Shown here piece after piece: positions 38,401-49,269 of a DNA stretch of 52,198 bases. The position numbers and the translations under genes are program-made. This stretch comes from Amoebophrya sp. A120 (taxonomy: Eukaryota; Protista; Dinoflagellata), in NCBI GenBank assembly GCA_905178155.1, contig CAJINV010000029.1:9911-62108 (forward strand). Direction: 5' to 3'. Every line of letters begins with the position of its first letter. Position 1 is the first letter of the stretch. Under the pieces are notes generated by a model that searched no databases, was not told the DNA's origin, and saw only the letters and a list, made by a program, of their open reading frames with translations.

Positions 38401-39740
38401 TTCGGAGCGTTTTTCAACACGCACCGCCTCCCGAGAAGTTCAAAAAGCTTCCAGGAACACGACAAGTGCATCGCTTTATTGCCTCCGCGAGGTACGCATG
38501 AAACAGGTGCGTCCGGCCTCTACGGCGATGGACGTGTCGTTGCATGAGCAACGCACTCACTCAGATAATTGTTCAATTTGAAAACTCTTCGTCTTCCTAG
38601 CTGTCGAAGCAAATGCTTGCCTACTTCTTGCTTTTCGAAATCGAAACGCGACCTACACTGGTACAGCATAATTTGATCAAAATTTTTTTCGATTCGGTAA
38701 CTCAACTGCATGGTCTTTGTTTTTTCGATTTTTTCATCTCAGCCTTGGGCCCTGTTTCCACATCTGGTAGATTTTTTCGCCCAAAATTCCGACCGTGCAT
38801 TTTCTGCAATGTACGATAAATGAGAAACATAGGAAGAAGGTCAATTAATTGAAAAGCCATGCAATAGAAGTATGGCAGAGTCGCGCATATTACATGCAAA
38901 TTATACGCCTGCTCTATCTCACCGGCTTGCCATGTTTATTGCCATTCTTTTAAACTACATTTCATCTCGCGCAGCCAACGCTAGCTCCTAAAGCGTTTAC
39001 GTATAGAACGGTTTTAGAAATCGACCCTTGTAATTTCTCTTCAGGAACTAAAAATCTCACTACTAAAGGATTAACTTTAACCACTGTCACTGAGCCTCCC
39101 TCACTGTACTAGTTCTGGTGACCACGTAATCGCAGTGTAGCATCAAGAGTCAACATCGGAATTCTTGGAATATAAATCAAAAGTCGAAAATAAAATTTTG
39201 CTGTGCAAACAGAAGAACCAAAGATGACATGCAGCAGGAATACGCCTCGAATACATCCTTATGCGAACCGGCTTTCATCTGTTGGAACCAATTCTCGTCA
39301 AAATCAAAAATGAAGACAGCTGTAAAAGTAAAAAATATTCTATGTTTTACGTTTCCACAAGCAACAGGCACGGATGCCTACATCTTACCAATCTTTTCAA
39401 TAATTTTGCGAACGACAAAAAATCAAAGTTTGTGTTTATAATACATTTTTTGATTCATTTTTAAATTTATTCCTTCTCGCTGACGAAATCGTTGTTCTAT
39501 ACAACTTCGCCCTGGACTAATCGTTCAGAACTTTAATCGCAGGAATAATATATTCACTCAAAAGTAAACTGCACACCGAGTCGTCTCACGAGTGTGTGTG
39601 TGTCATTGGCACGCGAGGCCCCCAAATGCTAGAAGCAAAAAATGACAGGTGCAAAAAAATTATCTTTGTGAACATAAACAAAGCCGATCGAAACGGAAAC
39701 AACTCCGGCTCAAATTGATCAAGACAAGCTCCTATAATTA

Positions 39741-41617
39741 TTTGCAAAAACAAAAACAAAATTAATTATGCATCGTATACTATAGTTACATTTTGGTACT
39801 ATCAAATTCCATCCATCATCACGCACCCAACCATGGATCACCGCTACTTTCCCCCGAAAACCCCAGCCGCGGCGTCTGCGCCGCTTTCGCCATAGGCCGC
39901 GGACTAGCGGTGCGAATGTTCGACGGCGCCAGACGGTTCACAAAGCTCCTCGCCCGGTTTTTCGTAGATGTTGTTGAAACACCAGCGGCAATGTTAATAT
40001 GGTTTAACACTCTGGGGCTACTGCTTGTCGAGGTCGTAGTTTCTTGTGCCGTGATTGGCAGAATTTTTCGTGTGAGCAGACGCTTGCTGTTGCCACACTG
40101 TGGATTGTCTGTTGTTGGAAATGGGTTGTTCGTAGTTGTGTCGCGTGGGTCGATCATGCCACCAGCATCTCTGCCAAGAAGATTTTTAAAACCACCATCC
40201 GTATTGGTTCGTTGTGAAGAAGAAGAACTTGAACTTGGCATAAAAGCCCGACGAGATTGTTCCTCGTGATTGAGATTCGGTTGCTGTTGTTGAAGCGGCG
40301 ACCCTGCAGTGGACGAAGCTGCAGAAGTGGACAAAATTGCAGTAGTACTAGTAGGTCGTGGTTGATTTTTTAGCATTTCCCTTCCGCCAGCCTCACCAAC
40401 GCTTGTTCCTCTCGACAAAATTGCAGTAGTACTATCTAGCACGGGCGGTCGCTCCGCGACCGCCGGAGAGGTATGGAGTAGACAAGGAAACGATGGGCCC
40501 GATTTCCTAGTAGGAAGGTTGCAGTCCTCGCGGGGAAGGGGAGGGGATTCTCCTGGGGGCGAAAACTCTGCAGGCGCAGGGCTTTTGAGTGCGCCGGAGC
40601 CCCCTGGAGGAAGACAAAGGCGTGACAGCGGCCCGCCCCAGGCCCCTGGAGAAGGAGAAGCACCGGGAAACCGAAAGAACACCCGGGGCGAGCCCACCCT
40701 GGGAGGGGACGAGCCTTCCGGGATGTTCCCAATTTGCGAGCACCCCCCCAAGTTGCGAGCCTTACGGGCGGCTGCTCGTCATTCTAGAGCTACGCCCCGC
40801 TGTATTTCTAGTTACGCCCCCAAGGCGGTGGGGCTGCTTTCGACGGAGCCCACAGGGCCGCAGCTGCGGAAAAGCTGCGCGACAAAAAACCTGGCCAGCC
40901 AGACAGGTGCAACCAGCCCAGGGGGACTAGGCGCACTGTGTGTGATGGCCATTCCTTCGGGGCAGCGAGAAAAGGCGCCGCTTTCTTTGCGCAGGGCGGC
41001 GGGGGCATCCACACGAGGAGGGGCCTCCGCCGCGAGGCAAAACGGGGTAGCCCAAACAAAGCGCAAAGCCATCCCGGGCACCGTGGCCGGGCCGGAGCTG
41101 CTAGTTCGCCTGCACCTGCGGGCGCAGCAGCACGCGCCGCGCCACCCTCGGTCAGATAAAGAAGCGCTCGCCCTCCCACGGCTGCACCCCCTTTTCCCGG
41201 GAACGAGCGCCACGTCCCGCGCGACCACACAGGTACTAATTGCTCGGCGCTAGTTTCTCCACAGGGGGCAAGGGAAGCCAGCAGCGCGGGCGAGCTTTGT
41301 GGCGCAAGCCCGGGGCGAACCACCCCGCGCGGCAGTTTTCTTTTTCTTTTTCTACTAGTAAGCTTTCTCCTAGTAAACTCTCTACTAGTACGCTTGCTAG
41401 TAGTTTTTTTGCTTGCTTGTCACGATAAGATTACTAGCAGCGCAGCCTACTAGTAAAATTCTTGGATTTTCCTTACTAGTAAGATTTTACTAGTAGAAAT
41501 CGGGCCATGCGTCAATCGATTTTCTTGCCGTATAGTATATAGGGTATTGTAGGTCGTGGTTGATTTTTTAGCATTTCCCTTCCGCCAGCCTCACCAACGC
41601 TCGTTCCTCTCGCCGTC
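39741..41617 (-). pseudogene. Element-free tandem partial copy of the gene 6 3' end and 3' flank, interrupted by a 1.1-kb GC-rich insertion
   Basis: 39741-40413 and 41549-41617 align with 41618-42821 but lack elements 41794-42049 and 42098-42332 plus one TSD each. Frame is still open to DPWLGA* at 39819. Confidence 0.85.
40435..41548 (-). mobile_element. 1.1-kb GC-rich insertion without TSD, Helitron-like 3' end
   Basis: Splits GTAGTACTA|GTAGGTCG of an 84-bp tandem duplication; perfect hairpin 40444-40464 followed on the minus strand by CGTG-CTAG; TACTAGTA-type repeats at 41350-41495. Confidence 0.6.
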
Positions 41618-41707
41618 TTTGCAAAAACAAAAACAAAATTTAAATTAATTATGCATCGTATACTATAGTTACATTTTGGTAATATAAAAGTAAAACTCCA
41701 TCCATCA

Positions 41708-44700
41708 TCACGCACCCAACCACGGATCACCGCCACTTTCCCCGGAAAAACCCAACCGCGGTGTCTGCGCCGCTTTCGCCATAGGCCGTGGACTATGAAA
41801 TGCAAAAATGTCTGGGTCTGGAAACTTGTGATGCTAAAATGTGCATGATGAAAACACTTCCGAATGCAGTCCGGCATGACAACTTCCCACAATTCTTTCT
41901 CGTAGGCAATCCGCATGAGAAACTGCGTTTTTGCATGACAAAAGAGGCTGCGACTTTTGTTGGTAAATATGCAATACAGATTTTCTAGGTATGGAAAGCT
42001 AGCATTACAAGTTCCAACCTTCCAGACCCAGACATTTTTACAATCCATATGGACTGGCGGTGCGAATGTTCGACGGCCCCAGACGGTTCACAAAGCTTAT
42101 GGGGCTCTCAAACGTTACATTCTCAACTGTTACATGATTTGTCATGCAAAAACACTATCACTATTCACACGACCAAGCCTGCCTTGCATGACAACTTCTC
42201 GACGCGCTACATAGCACTATAATCCGTCCCAAATCTGTAATGCAAAAGGCGCAATCTTCCTCCTGTACTTTTGCCACTCTTGCATTACAAATTCATGTAA
42301 CAGTTGATAATGTAACGCTTGAGAACGCCATAAAGCTTCTCGCCCGGTTTTTCGTAGATGTTGTTGAAACACCACCAGCAATGTTAATATGGTTTAACAC
42401 TCTGGGGCTACTGCTTGTCGAGGTAGTTTCCGGTGTTCTCGTGATTGGCAGAATTCGTGTGAGCAGACGCTTGCTGTTTCCAGGCTGTGGACTGTCTGTT
42501 GTTGGAAATGGGTTGTTAGTCGTTGCGCCACGTGCGTCGATCATGCCACCATGATCTCTGCCAATAATATTTCTGAAACCATCATCCGTATTGGTTCGCT
42601 GTGAAGAAGAACCACTTGAAGAACTTGGCATAAAAGCCCGATTTTGTTCCTCGGAATTGAGATGGTGCAGGTGATTCGGTTGCTGTTGTTGAAGCGGCGA
42701 GCTTGCACTGGACGAAGCTGCAGAAGTGGACGAAATTTTTGCAGTACCAGGTGTAGTTCGTGGCTGATTTTTTGGTATTTCCCTTCCGCCAGCCTCACCA
42801 ACGCTTGTTCCTCTCGCCGTCATAATCGCCAGCGGCTGCAAAACCCGTTTCCCGACCCGCGCCCAGGTGCTAGAAGTAGCCGACCGGGTTGGTGTGTTTT
42901 GCGACGCGGCGCTGTCTTTGCTTGTTCCCTGTCTTGTCGTACTACCAGAGGCCGCGTCGGTCGTGTTAGGAGTGATGTTGCGGACGAGAGCCGTCATTTG
43001 CGCAGGAGTCTTCCAGGGTTGTAACAAGCTACTAGTGGGGGCTGATGTAACCACGGAGCTTCCAATTGCATTACTAGCACCATTTCCTGACGAGCCGGAA
43101 GCTGCACCGTCCGAAGCTGCACCGTTTCCGTTCCTGCAGGACGTGACCGCGGCAAACCCAGAGCCGGCCACGACCGCACCAGTTGAGCAAGATGAGCCTG
43201 TTTGTAGTTGCCTGGTAGTTGAATTTGAAAACTGTATTTCCTTTTCAAACTCCAGCATCAGCGCCACTTCGCGTTCCGCCCGCGACGGCCTCGCGGGATC
43301 GTCCGCCGGCACTTTACGGTCGTGCGTGTCGTCTATCAAATGCAAATACGTCTGGGTCTGGAAGAATGCCAGACTTGTCATGCAGGTTTTCCATGACCCA
43401 TGAGCTCTGGCATGTAGGACATAGCATGACAGATTCTACTGTGAGGGTTCTATCATGCCTATCCTGCATGAGAAAGTGCCTCTCGATTAGGTCCATAGTG
43501 GACAGCTTTTGGTAATCATGCAACACAGGTTTTATTCACGCTTCAGATTTAGCATGACAAGTTGCTTTGTTCCAGACCCAGACATTTTTGCATTGGATAT
43601 CGTCCGTTGCGCCACGAATCCAGCCAAAGGTTTTTGCCAGGTCTTCGTCCGTTTTGCTCAGTGTGCTGTCATATGCATTGCAGATATGTCTGGGTCTGGA
43701 AGGTTGGAACTTGTCATGCTAAATCAGAATCATGCAAAAATCTGTGTTGCATGATTACCAAACGCTGTCCACTTTTGATCAAGATGAGAGGCAGTTTGTC
43801 ATGCAGGATAGGCATGATAGTGATCTCACGGAATCTGTCATGCTAGGCACTCCATTACAGATCATATGGGTCATGAAAAACCTGCATGACAAGTCTAGCA
43901 AAGTTCCAGACCCAGACATTTTTACAGTTGATATGTCAGCGTCTTGACTATCGGAATGAAAAGACGTTGCCGCATGCTGTACTGGTATTGGTAGCTGCAG
44001 TATCGTGTGTTTCAAATTCATCTCATTGGCTGCTGCACCCAAAGTTGTAGCCAAAGGGGGCGCAGGAACGACCTCTGCACCAGCCGCGCAAGGAGGCGTA
44101 GAATCATCGGTGCTACTGCTGGTCGCGAGGCCACGACTGCAACTCGCAAGGTGTCCTTTGACCGACGGTGGAGTTGTGCTCATCTGCTGCTCCAAACCTG
44201 TGTTGTTTTGTTCTTGCGGGGTCGAATTATAAGCTGATTCGTCTTTGCTCGTCGTCGTGGTCACTACACCGAGCTGTTGCACGAGGGTCGTCGTGTTCTG
44301 CACGTTCTTACCCATAGCCGCCTTTTCGACAGGGTGAATTGAGGATGTCTGTGTTGCAGGACCACGTTCACGGGACGACGCCGAAGATGCAGGTTGAAAG
44401 GGCGATGCTGACGTGAAAAACGCAGTGCCACTGGTGCTCGATGATGGGCCACCATAATTTCTCACACTCGCAGTAGAGATCCCACCCGTAGTTCCAGCTG
44501 CAACGGGCATTGCTGAAGACGATGATGGCGAAGAAGACTCCGGAACACGAACCGTTCGCAGATTGTAATTGATTTCCAAAAGTTTGGTTGCTTCCGCTAA
44601 AGCTGCAATTGACTGCTCCTCCTCATTATTTGCGTCATCATCTTCGCCAACATTCGCAAGACCTTTCACCTCCGCTGCACCAGCACGATGCGCAATAACA

Positions 44701-47700
44701 GTACTAGCTTGGTCCGAAAGTTTGCTGCTTTTTCCAGAACCAGTTGAGAATGGTGCTGTGCTTCTTGTCCACGCGCTTTGTATGCCAGTCTCGACTTTGG
44801 TCGACAGCGGTGAAGACAAGTCCTCGCTCGACAGGTTTAGTTGCGAAGAGCTGTTTTGTAAAGATGAAGAATCGCCTTCGCCGGAACAACCTGATAATGC
44901 CAGACAGTCGACGCCGTGAGTAGTTGTAAAATTCCGCCGGCCAACATGCGCGTCCTCAACAATTGCACCTTCCCCGCGACCAACATCCGTATTTTCAGGC
45001 AGCGCTCCAACGATCATTTCGCAATCGGGAACGAAACTGCTTCTCGCAGTACCACCACTGACCGCCGAGGCAGAAGTAGTTTTCGACCTGTTTCTAGTAC
45101 TATCGCCGCTGCTCTTGGAGTCGTGTAGTAGTTCCGTGTCATCGCCGGCTAACACGAAGGTGAAAGCGGAAGTGGTTCATCTCATTGGTTTACTGTAGTT
45201 GTTTTTGATGCCCGAATTAGAAAGAGCGTCACCGTGGTAATCCCCATCGCGGACATCATCTCCTGTCCGAGGCCCCGTAGCGGTGGACAAAACATTATCA
45301 AGAAAACTGTTGTAGCCAGCACTGGCCCCCGTAGCAGTATCCTGTTTTTTCCCTCCTCCGCCCCACGCCTGTTTTCGCCGCTGCGTTCCGGTCTCTACTT
45401 TGGTTGAGCTCGGCGACAACGGAGAGTATGGAAAAAGTGAGAAAAAACGTAGTTCGCATATAGCATTACAGATTCAAAACACGACGGCTGCATCGTGGAA
45501 CCAGAAAGAGAAAACAATTTCAAAAACATCATTGTCATTATGGTACGTGACATGCACATTCTCCTAAACCGCATCAAAGCAAACAGGTTTTTTACCTTCT
45601 TAAACACGAGGAGTCGTCCCTGGAACTATCGCTTGAGGAAGAGGGCGACGACGCCGTGCCAACGGTAAAAACATCATTCCGCCCTGGTTTGCAACCGAAT
45701 AAACCGGCTTGCTCTGGTACAGCCTCCATCGCAAATCCGCTTACTGCAGAAGACTTCGAACCTGCGCGCACTCCAGTTGTATCATGGCCGACCTGCTGTT
45801 GTTGCAGAGATGAAGACGCCTCGATGTAGCTATGGTTTGGTGCGCTGTGTTGCGGAGCAGCCAACACGTTGAGTGAAAACAAAACTTCAAGCTCTCGTGC
45901 ATCTTCTCCCAGCCCCGGAATGGAGTTGCCCAAAAGTAGCTGGCTGGCCGCTTCTGCGCGCTGCGTTTCGGTGGATGAGCTCTCTGTTGCAGTACCTGAA
46001 GACGACGAAGAGGTGGTACCGCTAGAGGAACTCGAACTACCCAAAACACTGGAGCAAGAGCCGCTCGAAGTGTTCATTTTACCATCATGATCATTGTTCA
46101 TCCCAGCAGCGTATCAAGTGCAAAAATGTCTGGGTCTGGAAGAATTCATGTTTGTCATGCTTGTCTGGCATGACTCTTAAATCTGTCATGCACGTTACCC
46201 AAAAGCTCCGTTTTTCTGTGATGCAGAAGCGCAGTTTGTCATGCAGAATAGGCAACACCAAGGAGCTCAGACACTTATCATGCTGAGCCAGCATTTGTAG
46301 CCTCATCATGAGACGCCACCCAGCATCACAAGTGTCCAGACCCAGACATTTTTCCTTTTGATAGAGTGCTTTGGCTTTGGCTTTCCTCCCCCCACGCCGT
46401 CCCGACGCCGGAACCGGGGGCGAGTCGTATCATGCGCGGAGCAGGTTGTCGGAGCAGAGAGGAAACGGCTTTGGTTCGTTGTTGTTCCGCAGCTGGCTGC
46501 AACACCATCGCCGGATTCGTAGTTGATCTGCCGAGCGGCGGAAAAGAAGTAGAAGAAGAGGATCCTTGTTTTTGCAACTGACCAACATGATCATGCGCCG
46601 CTTTGTTACTGCGTGAAAACGCCTCGTCCTCGGAAAGCCAGCGAGGTTCTTGCGAAGACGACGACCCAGAGGTTGCTGCGGGGACGGCTAACAAGCTCGA
46701 ACCCAGCATGACACCGGAGTTGACAGATGTACCTGATATACATTGCAAATAAACCAAAAGTACCTGATAGTTTTGCTTGGAAAAATACAGAATATTTTAC
46801 ATATATGCAAAGTGCTGCAAAAAGGCAAGCAAAAACTCTAGTAAGAAGTGCTGATTTACCGTATATACAAACTAGATTTTGATGTCACGGAGTGTTGCAA
46901 CTACTACGATTCATGCCATGCAACTTGCACAGAGGATACCTTTATCGTGAAGAGATGAACCAACTTCACCAACAGTGGTCACACCTTCGCTTTGCGCCCT
47001 GCTTTTGGCCATCGGTGTATTTTCGGTAGCTTGATTCACCACGACCCCCCGCTCTTGCACAGCACCTCCTCGGATCCATGTCAACACGGGCGCTGGCCTT
47101 TTTGCCAACGACGCACTGCGGAAGGTCGGTGCCCGGGGTTGGTGGGTTGGGGCTCGGGGTTCGTAGATTTTTACTGTCGCTGGGCCAGAGCTCGACGCGG
47201 AAGTTGTTGTTTCAGGTCGTCGGGTTTGGTCTTGATCGCTTTCCTCCACCGTTCTAAAACCAAAGTCCGTTGTTCTCCTCACCTCTGTCCCGGTAGAAAG
47301 TGCCGACGCTGCAGATTTATTTTCAATTCTCCTCATTTGTTCTTCACCCTCGGAAGAAAAATCGGCACGACCGGAACAAGGTCCTAAACTAGCTGGATGC
47401 AGGAGCTCCGCCTCCTCCATCGGCGCGGCGTATAGTGTCGGCGTGACCAGTTGGGGATTAAAAGATGATAATGTCGCAGTAAAATTGGATGTGGGAACAC
47501 GAGTGGGTCTACTTGTTCTAGTTTGTGTTGCGTAAACCAAATTTCCCTGCTGTCGATTGGTAGGCGCCACGCCACCTCCCGAAGATCCCCCGCCGAAGAC
47601 CGCTTGCTGCGAAAATTGGACCTGAGAAAAAATAACCTGACTTTGATTCACATTCAATGACGTGGCTCCTAAAAAGTGATTTTCTCCGGCGCCAACGCCG

Positions 47701-48719
47701 CTTGGTAACGTCAAAGCCTCACCGTCACCCGTAGAAGTTGTTCCCCTCCTTTGTTGGTCCTGTTCAAGAAAACTCTCCTGCTGGCGGCCTGTGGTTCGAA
47801 AAATAATGCCGTGCTGTGGTGGAGAGCTCACGAGTTGCGAAGATGCGGTGGTGTTTTGGATCGTTCTGCCGATGTGGAAATTGTTTCCTGATTGTGCCGG
47901 TTGGGTAAAAAATCCCTCCACAGTACTAGTTGACCTTGTATGGTTTGCGTTTGTTCCAGCACGGTTAATAACTCCCAGAAAATTACTGTCACGTTCGCGC
48001 TCCTCCTCGCTTTCACCCCGTTGCAACATCGAAAGAACCATCTCACCTGTACGATTTTGATTTAATCCCCGCCGTTCTTCAAAATAACTCTCCGGTAGTG
48101 GTCCGCCAGTGGTTCTGGTTCGTCCTTGCTGTGGTAGTGGCGAGCTGAGTTGCGAAGATGCAGTGGTGCTGTTCTGGACCGTTCTTCTACCGATAAGTTC
48201 CTGATCATTTCCTAATTGAAATTGATGTCGAGCTGGTCGTTGAAAAACAAATCCGTCCGTGGTTTTTGTGGTTCTTCCATTCTTGTACTGGTGCTGGTGG
48301 TTTCCAACTCCAGTCAGGTTAGTAACTCCCAGAAATTTTCTCCCCAAAATGTAGTTGCCACCTGCTGTAGTAATTTCGCCATCACCTCCCGTCTGCTGGT
48401 TGTACAATAAAAACCCAGTAGCTGGTGCTCCTGGTCTTGTTCCGGAGCCAGGCGCTCCTACGGATGAAGTCGGTATTTGTGAAGTAGTGCGTGGCCCTTG
48501 TGTAGTTCTGGCGGAACTAGTTCTTTCTGCGTCTAACTCGCCGCGAGTTGAGCTCCCGGTTTGCGAGGCCCCCGCCGAGTTACTGGCGGCAGCGGCGCAG
48601 GTATAATTTTTCGCGAAATCGAAGTTGCAGCTCCACAGGAAGTGCAGCGGCAGGAAGAGGAGCTGCGGTCGTGGCGCCAAAAATAGAAAAACCGGAATAG
48701 AGGAACTACTACGCCACAT
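41708..48719 (-). CDS. Gene 6: low-complexity, probably secreted protein (~1775 codons), 7 introner-like introns, one in-frame TGA; paralog of gene 4
   Basis: Starts MWRSSSSIPVFLFLAPRPQLLFLPLHFLWSC. 5328 nt in frame after removing seven elements (+5; one boundary of 45427-45602 is uncertain). TGA at 45177-45179 interrupts an otherwise continuous frame. Confidence 0.7.
41794..42049. mobile_element. Introner-like element, family A
   Basis: A-type TIR; TSD TGGAC perfect; empty site at 39900-39904. Confidence 0.96.
42098..42332. mobile_element. Introner-like element, family F
   Basis: F-type TIR; TSD AAGCT perfect; empty site at 39943-39947. Confidence 0.96.
43334..43599. mobile_element. Introner-like element, family A
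   Basis: A-type TIR; TSD TCGTC perfect. Confidence 0.93.
43672..43933. mobile_element. Introner-like element, family A (inverted relative to 43334)
   Basis: A-type TIR; TSD TGTCA perfect. Confidence 0.93.
45427..45602. mobile_element. Highly degenerate introner-like intron (right boundary uncertain)
   Basis: AT-rich gap between coding blocks, starts TATG, residual GCATTACA box; right end chosen to satisfy the frame. Confidence 0.45.
46112..46363. mobile_element. Introner-like element, family A (inverted relative to 19701)
   Basis: A-type TIR; TSD CAGCG/GAGTG; frame restored. Confidence 0.9.
46737..46938. mobile_element. Degenerate introner-like intron, also readable as GT-AG
   Basis: TATACATTGCAA / TTGCACAGAGGATA; TSD CCTGA/CCTTT; frame restored. 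Confidence 0.7.
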
Positions 48720-49269
48720 TATGAAAAAATCGCAACTTGTGGACAGAGCGGCTGGTATTGTTGTAAATTGGATTTTTGAAGATTTTTCAGCGGAATTGAA
48801 TCGTGTTCGTTGTGACGGGAGGTGCGGTCTTCTGTTCCGGTGAACAAAAGTCTGGCAAGTGGATGGAGTAGCAACGACGGTCCGACCGCTTTTAGCAAAG
48901 AACGACAGGCGTCGACGGCGTCAGCGGGCAGCGGTCGAGATTGCTACACTTGGTTTCCTTGACTTTTCTCCTAGTCGTGCTGGCGCGATACGTGAACGGG
49001 TATTCGAATATATTTGCAGTAGATTGATTTTCGCTTCTTTACATAGACGCCTGATCGTCGCATTTATGCTTTCGAAATTTCTTTTCACCCTAGGCAAGCA
49101 AATGGAATAGCAGGTCGTGTAGGTACACACAGAATCAAACGCAAAAACCACACCGGAAATGATTCGGAATCGGAACCAAAAGAGATGCGACGAATGTCTG
49201 AGACACAAAAAGCGATAAATATGGATCGGTAAATGAACACGATGCCCCAGCGGCGCGAAGCAATGCGAA

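Noticed and set aside
3739-46363. Many short ORFs with recurring peptides (CKYVWVWK, KMSGSGR, FQTQTFLHLI, LVM/CMT) that look like a repeat-domain or zinc-finger family
   Set aside because: They are translations of the element TIRs and TTGTNATGC boxes in different frames and strands, with no consistent frame.
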